NCBI RefSeq assembly: GCF_009834535.1
Contig: NC_045696.1
Coordinates: forward strand, 64,048,001 to 64,112,000
DNA from: Camelus ferus
Lineage: Eukaryota
Direction: 5' to 3'
Length of the DNA: 64,000 bases
The translations under genes and the position numbers were made by a program. Below the pieces are notes generated by a model that was not told the DNA's origin, searched no databases, and saw only the letters and a list, made by a program, of their open reading frames with translations. Below, piece after piece: positions 10,816-23,019 of this stretch; the first letter of the stretch is position 1, and the number at the start of each line of letters is the position of its first letter.

Positions 10816-11009
10816 ATGATGTGCTTTTCATACCAAGTTTTTCACTGAAACTTTGTCCTTTGGCAATCTTAGTTCAGGCTGGATATAATAATGGCAATCC
10901 AATCAAGTTGTATTTTTAAACAAAATGTAGACTAGAGCAGAGGGTAAGATGGGACCCTGGAGGGGCTACAGGATGAGAATGTCAAATCACTGCCCTGATA
11001 GTTACCAAC

Positions 11010-11170
11010 TGTGCCTTAGTTTCCTCCCCTGTACAATGGGGAGGAGAATGAACAGCAACTACCTCATAGGGTTTTTGAGCTTTAAATGAGATCATACACA
11101 TGTAGCATTATGTGCCTAGAACATAGTAAGTGCTAAATAAATATTAACTATTTTTATTACTGTTATTATT
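11010..11170 (+). mobile_element. MIR SINE fragment
   Basis: tgtgccttagtttcctcccctgtacaatggg...ctacctcataggg...ttaaatgagat...acatagtaagtgctaaataaatatta, the MIR core and tail. Confidence 0.7.
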
Positions 11171-13103
11171 AGAAACTCAAAGTTCTTCTCATAACATGAG
11201 CCACCGATGTGCTCAAAAGCAAAGCTATGTATTTCTGAGCTACGTCATGGTGTGCTCTGGGGTGATGGTCACATAGTCCACAGTATACAAAACACGTCCA
11301 CCAGTTCAGTGGCTTGATCATTGGAAACGTAGCCATCTTTGGTCATTCTTAGTCTCTGAAGGTAACTCCATGCACATTTGATTTGATTCAATTTAGTAAT
11401 TTGTTTTAAAATGAGGTAAGAGCCAATTTTACCGACTTTAAAAATTAACTCATTAACTTTCAACTTTCTACTAAGGTTTCTTCCCTCCCCTCCTCTCCTT
11501 CCCCCTTTTTCTCTCCTTTTCTTTCCTTTCTCTTCCCTTGCTTCCCTCCCTTCCTCTTCATTCCACTCTCCTCCCTACTTCCTTGGCTGTGCTTTACCTC
11601 CTCCTCTCCCTCCCTGAGCTTCTCTCTTCACTCTCCTTCTCTTCTTTTCTCAGAATCTGTGCTGAGCCTGGCAGGAGCACAAGACATGCACCAGACATGA
11701 TTCCCTACCCACAGTCCAAGAGAAGTCATAAGGTGAAGGGGCAAAGGGGGATGCAGTGTGGTAGGATGTGGTAAGCATCTCAAGTACCCTGATGATATAG
11801 AGGAAAGATCACCCAGAGAAATTAGAGAGGTTCCCATGATGTGAACTTTGAGCCAGACCCTGATGGATAGTTAGGATCTGGCCCCATGAAGACATAAAGA
11901 GAAGAGAGAAGGATGTGCATTCCAGGCTAAGGAGGCAGCAAGAGCAAAGGTATAGAGGTGGGCTTCTCTGCAGGAGAATCAACACCTGCTGTACCTTCCC
12001 TCTGCTTTCTGCAGAGTCAGCTCAGACACTCTTCATGGCAGAAGTGGGTGTGGTGGAGACAGTCTTCACCTCTGACCTCTATTCCCCAGGCACCACATTG
12101 TTTCCCAGGCTTGACTTCCTTGGCCATTTTTCCTAGCTCCTGAAGTTTACCAGGCCTCTCTTGTGCTCCCAATTACCTTCTGCCTTGGATTATTCACTTA
12201 GTTCTCCTAGCTTATCTTGAAGGTAAGGACCGTGTTTTACTGTCCCTCATATCTCATCCATGTGGAGAATTGCGACCGCTCAGTGAGAATCTGATGAATG
12301 AATGGGGAAAAGACTGAACTCATGAACTGAACATGCCCATGTGTAATTGTCAAGAAGTTAACACAGGTATCATTTAGGAAGCTACCTTCATGCATGACCC
12401 TAATTGAAGCCACGTCCCTTTTCCATTCACTGATGACTCCATCACTGAATAGAACTATAGGGAGCAGCAGAGTAACAGGGACCGGAATGGTCCCTTACAA
12501 ACTGATGTGATATTAACAATGGTTATTATCTGAATGGGTAAATGCTACACATAAAATCCACTCGGATGTCTTAGAATCTTTTGGAGTTAGTATAGTGACA
12601 GGACCCCCACCCAGACTGCTTCCACCCCCATGAAAGAGTGTTAAAGGGTTGTTCTGGAAGAGGTGGAATTGAAGTCAAGTCTCAAAACATGGGGATGGTT
12701 CAGCTGACCTGGTTTCTTAACCTTTGAGACCTACAGAAACACTTTGGAATGCTTGCTTGGTTTTTGGGTTTTTTATTTTTTTAATTTTTTTCAGTATGAA
12801 ATTTGCATCTGGCCATAGTCCCATGGTTGGAAGGTAATAGGAAAAACTAGCTCTTGCCGAAGACTCTGCCTCATGACTCAGGCCAGTGCCTCATACTTAC
12901 ATCCCAGTTCCTCAGTAAGAGATGACAAGGCTTTTTCTCTCAAGGCTCTGGGTCTACCAGCTTTCAAAGGCATATCATTCTATCTAGAATGTTTATTAAC
13001 TCCATAAACTTACAGAATTATGTTAAAATGATGCTTTTCAGGTTGAATTTTAGCCTGATGACTTCTCTGAATTTCCCGGGGGTTTTGGTGTTTATTTTCT
13101 CAG

Positions 13104-13250
13104 GATGAATTCCAGACTTACTCTTGGAAAAAGGTAGTGTGGATCTACCTGTCTGCGTTAAACAGCACATTTCCTCTCACTCCCAACCACCCCCTCATCT
13201 CCGATGAGGAGTATATCATCAACAGAGCCATAAGGAAGCCAGACCTAAAG
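13104..13250 (+). CDS. ATP13A4: ATP13A4 coding exon (~exon 3)
   Basis: cag|GAT...AAG|gtaagc; DEFQTYSWKKVVWIYLSALNSTFPLTPNHPLISDEEYIINRAIRKPDLK. Confidence 0.93.
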
Positions 13251-15682
13251 GTAAGCCCATTCATGGCTACTGCAGGGGCTAGAGAAATTGAACCTTTTTT
13301 CTCTCCAAATTTAAGATTAAATTCAGATCCTCCACTGTGCCAATCTTTCATTGACAATGTAGAACATTATAAAGAACACAGATTTTGGAGCCAGACAAAG
13401 CTCAATTCAAATCTCAGCTTCATCCTTCTAAAATGTGCAACCTTGGATCAACCGCTCAACTCGGCCGAGCCTCAGTTTTCTCATGTATAAAAAGATGTTA
13501 ATACCTACCTCTAATATTAATTGATGAAATTCAATAAAAACTAAGAGATACAAAGATCAATGTGGTGGGAGGTACCTAGTAGATGCTCAGTGCATACTAG
13601 CTCTTAGTAGCATCATACATTGTGTTGTAATCTATGTAACAGGGTTTATCACCCAGGAGTATCTAGGGAGTTTGCTATGTCTGCCAAATGACCTTATTTT
13701 GTATTCTGTCATTCAGATGTATTTGGGTTACTCCCTTCTCATCATATTAAATGAATACAACTTGGGTTATGACTAGCTAACATTCATATTTAAAACATTT
13801 TATAACACAGACTGCTTTCTCTTAAATTTATATATGTGTAGACAGTTGTTTAAGCTGGTTTTATGAGCTCAAGGTCAGTTTTTTTTAAATAACCGAAGTC
13901 AATTTCTCAGCAGCTTCTCTACTGTCAATTGTTATTACCTAGTTGTCTTAACTTGCAAAGGAAACAAACAAAACGTGGTCAAGAGCCTCCAACTAACAGA
14001 TTGCTTAATCTGTTAGGTGGCCGTTCACCTGGAGAAGCAGGCATCCCAAATCAGCCTTATGGGCCTGGCCTCAGAGTATTGCTGACCTCCAGCATCTTTA
14101 ACTGCATAAACAAACAGGTGGACAAACAAAAGAAGAATATTAAAACAAACGAAATATGAGGAAGGGGCAGAGGTTGTGAAATGGAAAGTCCTGGCCCACA
14201 GGCTTGAAAGCTTCGTTTACCAGCATATAGCACAGGGAGCTTGGTTGGTTACTGCCTCCCCGAGCCTTGAGTTTCTTATTGATAAAATAAGAGTAGTAAC
14301 ACTTTCTCTGCCTGCTTCTCAGGACTGTTGTGAACCTAAAATGAGAAGATCGACACTCAGGTGATTGGTGAGCGGTCATGAGATGTATTCATATAAAGGA
14401 CTGAAACTTTTATTAAAATTGGAAGATGTGTCACAGGCTCAGCTGTGGCAACAATGATGACAATAACAGTAATAACACAAAACCAAAATGGTAACCGTTC
14501 AGGGCCACGTAGGGGGAGTTTGGAGACTGTAGCAAACGTAGACTAAGAGGAGACTCCAAGGGCCATTTTGTAGGATCACATACAAAACCGAAACCCAGTG
14601 CTTAACTTGTTAAACAGGATTCTCTTACAACTTGTTCCAACAAGCAGTGGAGAGTGGGAAGCCTGGGGATGGAAACAATTCCTGGTTCTGAGCAGAAAGA
14701 TGGAAATCGTCCCACAGCTGATCCCTGATTTCTTAATTGCTGTTTCCTGGTCTGAAGTTCCAGAAAATGGACAAATAAACTCCACCCCTTGCAAATATGA
14801 TGCTTAACAGCCTCTTACCAGCTTCCAGAGCCTAGGAAGGGAGCAGAGATAGTCCAGGCAGAGATGTTTCCTGCTAGGGGAATCGCAAAGGTATTTAAGA
14901 GGTCTATGATGGAGTCACTCTTCTCACTCTGTGACGATTAGCCTCAGGAATTGTCAGGAGATAATGAGATTTTCCATTTTGTGGTCTGAGGTGAAACTTA
15001 TAAGTCACCTCTTTATTCTTTACCATCACTGCCTCCATCTGCCATTTTGTGTCTATTATGTCATAAATTTGCCAATCACAGCTCATGGTTCCATGGCCTA
15101 TTGTTAGGTTCTCTAATTGAGCAGCGGTCTCACAATCACCTACCGTCTTTGGCCTTCACATTGTTTCTAACTTAGAGTTTTGAACTTAGAGAATTAATGA
15201 ACTAGGCAACTCTCACTCAGTACAACTTAAATAGTGGAAGTTATGGGAATCTCAGACCTTCCTCTGAGACCAGTTTAACTATTAGATCCTTGAGACACTA
15301 GACTTTGGGGCCAGATGGACTTGAATTCAATTTCCAGCCCTTTTTCTTAATAGGTGTCCTTTTGGGCAAGTTACTTAATCAAAATGAACTTAAGGGGAAA
15401 GGAAAGATGAAGATAATATCTTTCCTACCATGGAGTAATGAAAAAGTCAACCCCACAAATATTCAATAAACAGTAGCTGTGATTACAGTCCAGCTCTATT
15501 TGCAAAATTGCAGAGAATGTTGGAAAGGGGAGGAAGGTATAAGGCAAGAAACTCGAGGCTCCAGGATGAGCCAAGACAACAAACACACCCCAGGCTTCTT
15601 CCACAAGTGCTTCTTTGGCCATGAACTCCTGTGTAGCCACTGATCCTCAGACTAGAGACTTTTTGGTACTTTTCTTTTGTAG

Positions 15683-15753
15683 GTGAGATGTATAAAAGTG
15701 CAGAAAATAAGATATGTTTGGAACAACTTAGAAGGACAGTTCCAGAAAATTGG
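15683..15753 (+). CDS. ATP13A4: ATP13A4 coding exon (~exon 4)
   Basis: tag|GTG...GG|gtaagt; VRCIKVQKIRYVWNNLEGQFQKIG. Confidence 0.93.
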
Positions 15754-15844
15754 GTAAGTTGTTTGAGCAATCGCATTCAAAAAGAAAAACGTTATCTCAA
15801 AAATATTATTGCTAATTATGTCTTTTTCATTGTTATTATTTTAG

Positions 15845-15925
15845 CTCTTTGGAAGACTGGCTCAGTTCTGCCAAGATACATCTAAAATTTGGATCAGGTT
15901 TAACAACCGAAGAACAAGAGATTAG
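15845..15925 (+). CDS. ATP13A4: ATP13A4 coding exon (~exon 5)
   Basis: tag|C...AG|gtacc; SLEDWLSSAKIHLKFGSGLTTEEQEIR; phase consistent with neighbours. Confidence 0.93.
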   Translation, partial: LFGRLAQFCQDTSKIWIRFNNRRTRD

Positions 15926-16767
15926 GTACCTTGTTTCTTGTTATCTGCACCAGATCCAAAGGGCCAATACCAGTTAGCCAGGTAGACAGACCAGTAAACA
16001 GTTATCTTAACTGGTCAATACCAGAATACATTGGAATGCTCTGTTTAGTATTATCCAATTATTTCACTTCATCAAAGCAACCTTGGTGGGTAGTTAGAAT
16101 AGACATGCTCATCTCAACGTAACAGATGAGAAGTCTGAGACTCAGAGAGGTTTAATGGCCTAAACAAGGTCTCACAGATGAAGTGACAGAGGAAGGATTG
16201 CGTCTCACACTCTGACTCTAGGTTTGGTTCCCTCTGAGTTTTCAATTAAAGGACCGTAGAACTCCATGTGGAGCTATTTTTGAGAGCCCAACACCTTTTC
16301 GTTCACAGTAAAACCAATTCTGCAGCTTCCCAGAACTGAATAGGAGTAGGGAAGTAGGTACAGTATCCCTTGTCAGTGAAACTGTTCTTTCGTAATGAAT
16401 CTTCCATTCCACATCCATGGAGCCAGAGTTGGGGAGAGACAGAGTGGAGAGAGTGCCAATCCTGAAACCACTTGAATGGAACCATGGCTAAAATTAAACA
16501 CTCAAACTACCATCAGGGAAATAGTTAGACCTCAGAAAGAGTCTAATTCAACAAATGCAGTACGATCATGCTTATTGTTTTTATACCTGGAAACTAACCC
16601 TCTTCCAAGTTATTTTGAGAGAGGAAGGGATGGAATATAACAAAGGAGGCTTATGTTGGCCCCACAAGTGAGGAAGTGAACATGGAATAGATCTTTTTTT
16701 GAATGGGTGAGAAATATATTTCATTTTTATTATTAGTAACGAAGTGATGTGTGATCTCTTTCCACAG

Positions 16768-16837
16768 GAGGTTAATATGTGGACCAAACACCATCGATGT
16801 TGAAATCACACCAATTTGGAAACTGCTCATCAAAGAG
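16768..16837 (+). CDS. ATP13A4: ATP13A4 coding exon (~exon 6)
   Basis: cag|G...GAG|gtaatc; RLICGPNTIDVEITPIWKLLIKE. Confidence 0.93.
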
Positions 16838-18206
16838 GTAATCAGTATTTTGGTGCTGGTTAGAAGATAAAGAAGTTTGGTTCTAGTCAAGCGACCAAGA
16901 ATGATACTTGTTAATAGTAACTGTAATTTAGGATATTTAAAAAGAATGTAAAGTGTATTCATATCTCTACTCTTTTTTGGAGTCCATTTTGCACACACAT
17001 TGCCTGTTAACAGTGTAAGATTTGATGCTTATGTGTCTGCCCATCCTTTAAAGACTGGATGAGCACAAAGTTTCTTTTCTTTATTTCCTTTTTTAATCCT
17101 ATACTTTTAATCCCCTGTCTCAACTTTGTGAAACTAAAGTAATAAAACTTAAACACCTCAATCCCTTTCTGATGGGCAACAGATACAATTTCCTTAGCAT
17201 CCAGAATTGTAGGAAGAAAACACCTGTTCAGCCTTAGTTCTATTGATCTCAATGTGTGGGGATGGAAAGAAAGATTTGGCCCTTATTTACCAAGCTGAAT
17301 TTTTTTTCTCTTTGACTCTAACACTGGGCTTATTTTTCATTTTATGGCGGTTGTTATGACACTATAACCAGACAGCTGTACTCTGGGTCCTCTCCTACAC
17401 TTTAATTCCACTCCTCCTTGCCTTCAAAAATGCTTACTAAACTCAAGTTACTTTCTTAAAATTTTTTAGCAAGCTTAAAGGCATGAAAGAAAGCAGAATA
17501 AACTGATAAGGAAAGTCTCTGTGTGCTTGTTCCCTAACCAGCGGCAAGGATTACTGTTCCTGGTTTAGACAGATGGAAATCAACTAGAGGGAATTTGAGT
17601 AAGGGCACAAAATGTTTTTAACCAAAGCAAGATTACAACTGTTGGAGTTAATCTCTGCTTTCTCCATAGTGTTCCAGGTGCTCATACAGATTACCACCTT
17701 CAGCTTGGCTCTCTACTGATGAGAAAATTTAGTCTTCAATGCATACATTAACCTAAAATGCCTTAATGGCTTCAGATGTGGTGTCATGGAGAAGAACAAT
17801 AGACTAGAAAGCGTTTTAACTTTGTAAACTTGACCTATGACTTCTCCCATCTAAAGGCCAGTAAATGTAAATTGGACATGATAATAACTACTCCTTACCC
17901 AACTGTGGTGATGGTCAACATGAGGATACACAAGATAGTACTTTGTAAATTATAAGGTGCAGCGATGATTAAAAGTAATTGCCTGGGTTCAAGTCCTGGT
18001 CTGTGACAATTGCCGCTGTGTGATCTTGGGCAAGATTCTCAAGATCTAAGGCTCAGTTTCCTCATCTTTACAATGAAGATAAGTAATAACTTCTAGTTAA
18101 TAAGATAATTATGGGAATCAAAGGAGTAAATTCAGGTAAAGTTGCTTAGTGCAGTGTCTGACACATGGCAATTGCATAAATATAATAAGAATAAGAATAT
18201 TGTGTG

Positions 18207-18299
18207 GGGGCAGGTGGGTATAGCTCAGTGGTGGAGTGTGTACCTAGCATGCATGAGGTCCTAGGTTCAATCCCCAGTCCCTCCATTAAAAAAAAAAAA
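18207..18299 (+). mobile_element. tRNA(Ala)-derived SINE (Vic-1-like) with TSD
   Basis: gggtatagctcagtggtggagtg...ggttcaatcccc plus poly-A. Flanked by aagaat(a/t)ttgtgtggg direct repeats at 18193-18208 and 18298-18313. Confidence 0.85.
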
Positions 18300-18419
18300 G
18301 AATTTTGTGTGGGATGATTTGTGTCATGGAGATGATTACGACAACAAGCAACTCAATGAATAGCTAAGTGTGAAGCCTAAATATCTCCCTTGTCTTCCTG
18401 TTTTTATGTCTGCCAACAG

Positions 18420-18554
18420 GTTTTAAATCCATTTTACATATTTCAACTCTTCAGTGTCTGTTTGTGGTTTAGTGAAGACTATAAGGAGTATGCTTTTGCC
18501 ATCATAATCATGTCCATCATTTCCATAGCTTTGACAGTGTATGATCTCAGAGAG
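18420..18554 (+). CDS. ATP13A4: ATP13A4 coding exon (~exon 7; TM1-TM2)
   Basis: cag|GTT...GAG|gtgagt; VLNPFYIFQLFSVCLWFSEDYKEYAFAIIIMSIISIALTVYDLRE. Confidence 0.96.
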
Positions 18555-19536
18555 GTGAGTTTTTCCACCAATCCTGTGGTCTCAGAAAGGAAGAGTTATG
18601 ACTTGGCTGAAATTTTGTTAGAGAGGAGTATAATCAGGAAATAGTGATTGCCCACTCCCTAACAAATGAGACTGAGTTTGTAAATGTCTAGCGTAATAGC
18701 CAATGCTCAAGTGTTAGTTCTTTCCCTTCCCTCACATCCCAATCCCTAACCTTTCAAGTTATTTTTTCCCCTCTCTTTAGATTATTCAGGCTGATTATCA
18801 AGAAGAATATGCAAATATTTATGAAATGTGAATAAATGAAAAAATTATATATAGAGAATCCTGATGGATCTTGAAGATGATAGAAGGGTGGAGGTGGATG
18901 AATCTTTAATAAATAAGGAGTGTTTATTATCTTTGCCCTTTTGGTTTGGTTGGTATTCATTTGTCAAAATCCTAATCCAACTCTTGGCTTTCTTTATGCC
19001 TACATCAGGGGATCTAGGTGCTGTAGAGGGAAAATCACACAAAACAGGTTGGTTGAGTACACTGTAAATCCATGAATACCAACCTCACCTGGGCAAACTT
19101 TCTATACATCTCTGGTCAACATACTCTCTCTTTCTCTGAAATTAAGATTTCAAACCAAATCTTCCTTCAGTTTTCTGAGATGCCTAACTACCCATATGCC
19201 ACTTTTGGTCTAATTCAACTGATAATCTCACTTTTTCACTAAGATAGAAGCCATAAGACAGGAATTTGCTCAACTGCTCACTCTCCAACTGCCAGGGACT
19301 CTTGTCTCCACCTCCCTCCTGCCTGGATCTCTCATTACGGAGGAGGAAATGCCCTCTGCTTGTGCTTTCCATAGCCTCCTCTCCCACCTTCTCAGCATGC
19401 TAATGTGGTCAGTGAATGACCCCTTCTCCACCCTTCTCCCAAGAGCCTTCCCATTAGCAATGAAACATGCTCAAGCTTCTCCCCACTTAAAAAAAAAAAA
19501 AAACCCACGAACAAATGAAAAAAAAATCCCTTCTCT

Positions 19537-20156
19537 CTTTTTTTTAACGTTATATTATTGAGTTATAGTCATTTTACAATGTTGTGTCAAATTCCAGTGT
19601 AGAGCACAATTTTTCAGTTATACATGAACATACACATTTTTTTTTTTTTGCTGTAAGCTACCACAAGATCTTGTATATATTTCCCTGTGCTATACAGTAT
19701 AATCTTGTTTATCTATTCTGCATATGCCTGTCAGTATCTACAAATTTTGAAATCCCAGTCTGTCCCTGCCCACCCCCTGCCCCCTTGGCAACCACAAGTT
19801 TGTATTCTATGTCTATGAGTCTGTTTCTGTTTTGTATTTATGTTTATTTTATTTTTTTGGATTCCACATATGAGCGGTCTCATATGGTATTCTTCTTTCT
19901 CTTTCTGGCTTACTTCACTTAGAATGACATTCTGCAGGGACATCCATGTTGCTGCAAATGGCATTATGTTGTTGTTTTTATGGATGAATAGTATTCCATT
20001 GTATAAACATACCACATCTTCTTTATCCAGTCATCTGCTGATGGACATTTAGGCTATTTCCATGTCTTGGCTATTGTAAATAGTGCTGCTATGAACATTG
20101 GGGTGCAGGTGTCTTTTTGAAGTAGGGTTCCTTCTGGATATATGCCCAGGAGCGGG
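19537..20156 (-). mobile_element. 5'-truncated L1 (ORF2 C-terminus and 3'UTR) with TSD
   Basis: ORF 19731-20015(-) IMPFAATWMSLQNVILSEVSQKEKEEYHM matches the L1 ORF2 C-terminus. Direct repeat aaaaaaatcccttctct on both sides. Confidence 0.9.
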
Positions 20157-22799
20157 AAAAAAATCCCTTCTCTTGACCATGCTTCTAACTTCAGGTACTG
20201 AAGGTACTTCTAACAGGTACTACTCTACCTGTTTTCTCCCTTTTACAGCAAAATTTCTTGAGCTAGCTCTTTACGCACTCTCTCTTCATTTACTCATCTC
20301 TCCATTTCTCATCTGTACTAAGATGGCTTCCTCTCCCATGACTCCGTTCAAACAACTCTTGCTAAGGTGACCACTATAATCCTAAGGCCCATAGATGGTT
20401 TCAAAATTTTTTTTAAAAAATTCTCTTTTTAACTAGCTAGTTTTCTTCCTTAATAGAAGGTGTACTATATGGACATAGTTTTTTTTAAAAAGTTCAAACA
20501 GAACAAAACAGTGTAACTGAAAAGTAAATATTCTTCTCACCCTAGTTCTCTCAGTGTCCAGGTCCCCTCTTAAGAGATATCCACTGGACCAGATGTTTTA
20601 TATACTTTCAGCACTATTAAACACACATGCATTAAATTGTTTTACACAAATGGAAGTACGCTATATACACTATTACGCATTTGCATTTTTCACCGAATAC
20701 ATCTTAAATCTCTTTCCATATCTGCACAAATATATTTTCTCTAGATGTACCATAATCTTTAAACCAGTCTTATACTGATGGATATTTAAGTTGTTTCTAG
20801 TCTTTTCTATTAAAACAATGCTGCAGTGAGGAGTTTTGCATATGTATCTTTTCACACATCACAAGTATATATAATTTACATTACATGTAAATGCGTACAT
20901 AACAAATACATATACACATATATATATCTGTATTGATAAAAAGATATAAATTATCTCTACTTGAAATTACTTAATCATAAGTTAGATGTATTATTTTAGT
21001 AGGCATTGTCAAAATGCCTCTTAAACAAGTAATACCAATATACACTTCTCCCAAGAGTAGATGAGTGTTTGCTTTCCTTATTTTTGCCAATATAAGTGAA
21101 AATAGAATTTCATAACCTTGACAGCATGTTTCCCACTATAAGTTGAGCTCTTGCTCGTGTGTTAAGCTATCTGTATTTCTTTTACTGTGAACTGTATTCG
21201 TGTCCTTCATTAATTTTTATTAGGCTATTGGCCTTTTGCTTACTGATTTTATGATTCCCTTCCTACAAAGGATACTTTTTTTCACAGTGTAGATTTCACT
21301 AAACATCCCCGTTGCAGTTGCGACCATTAACTGCTATGGAAGCACTCTTTCCCTTTGACTTCAGTAACAACACCTCTCCAGTTCTCTAATTCCTCTTTTT
21401 ATAGCTCATCCTCCTCTACCTGGCCTTTTTTTTTTTTTTTAAGCTAGTGTCTCAAAATCAAAACAATATGAAAATGTATATCACGTAAAGTCTCCCTCTT
21501 CCCTGGCCCCTCCATTTCTGTAAACATTTTTATTAGTTTCTAGAGCATTCTTCAAAAAAAATTTTTAGGCAAATCAAGCAAATACAAATACATATATTTA
21601 GTTTTTCTTTCTTATGTAAGAGGTAGCACAGTTACATTACTTTCTGCATAGCTTTGTTATTATTATTATAATTAATATCTTGATTGGTCTTTTCATATGA
21701 GTACCTTGAATCTTCATTATTCTTGTACTGTATATGCTAGTGAATTCTAAAGGCACATGCTAATGACTTTCAGATTTATATATCTCAAGTCCAAATACCT
21801 CTTTTGAGTTTGAGACTCATAGATCCAACAATCTAAATTTGATTCAGGTCACTTCTTCAGTGAAGATTTCTATTGGTTCCGTTAGCTATATATGCTCCAA
21901 AATCACCTTATTTTTTCTTTTTATTGCAATTGTAATGATGCATTCATGAATGTGATTATTTGATTAAATGTATTTCTCCCAGTAAGTTGTAAATTCCTTG
22001 ATGGTAAGAACCATATCGGTTTGGTTGACCATTCTACCCCTTTATGGGTCCCTGGCCCATAAAGTTTGTTCAATAAATGTTGAGTGAATGCCTAAATGAA
22101 TAAAAGAGTTAAGTTATAGCAAAACACCCTTTCACCTTGTATTATTCTACTAATCATTCTTAGAACATATTAATCAGATTTGTAAATGATTTGAAGCTAG
22201 GAAATTTGGGGAGTGTCTTATGGGAAAATCATAATAAATAAATGAAAACACTAAATGATTGAGACTTTTAATCCCCAGCACCATATGAAAGGTCTTTCAC
22301 ACAATAGTTTCTTAATAATGTGAAATAAAGTATAATTTTATTATTATTTTTGTTTCTTCTTATTAATTCACTCTTAATGTCCCATGTATTTCATATATTA
22401 AAACAACAAATACTACACAGAAATAACAGGAACCACTGAACCCTTCATTAAGTTATAGGTTAGGAACTCTGATGTGGGGTAACCTGAAGCTGAAATAATG
22501 TTTAGCTCTTGAAGCTATTTAGGTATAAATATATATCTTGAATGATCAAAGTTCTTTTGAGTGGGCAGAGCATGCTGGGAAGTTCCTTTCTACTAAAGAA
22601 CACATACCTCTTATCACTGGGTGAAGAGCATCATGCACTAGATGCTTTTTCAGTTGAGTAGCAGGCTACTCAATCTTATCTTTAGACAGTACATTCAGTT
22701 GGCTCCATCTTTAAAGAAGGCTAGCACTTCACTGAATAGTATCTGGGACCTATCCTCAAATAGAAAAGCCTTTTTCTATTCTCTGTTCTTCTTTTCCAG

Positions 22800-22869
22800 C
22801 AATCCGTAAAGCTCCACCGTTTAGTTGAATCACATAATAGCATTACAGTCTCTGTATTTGGGAGAAAAG
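22800..22869 (+). CDS. ATP13A4: ATP13A4 coding exon (~exon 8)
   Basis: cag|CAA...AAAG|gtaagt; QSVKLHRLVESHNSITVSVFGRK. Confidence 0.93.
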
Positions 22870-23019
22870 GTAAGTCACATTATTTTAGATGTACATAAGA
22901 AGTCAGAAAAGGACTTGATTTGTATTTCTGGTTGTTCTACTACTCTCATCCTCATACGCATTTTTTTTCTGCGTATTTACTTAAAGGGATGAGAAACTTG
23001 AGTTTTTTTCATGACCTAG

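Noticed and set aside
18207..18299. tRNA-Ala gene (also at 5645 and 46616)
   Set aside because: Poly-A tail, TSDs and degenerate stems indicate SINEs
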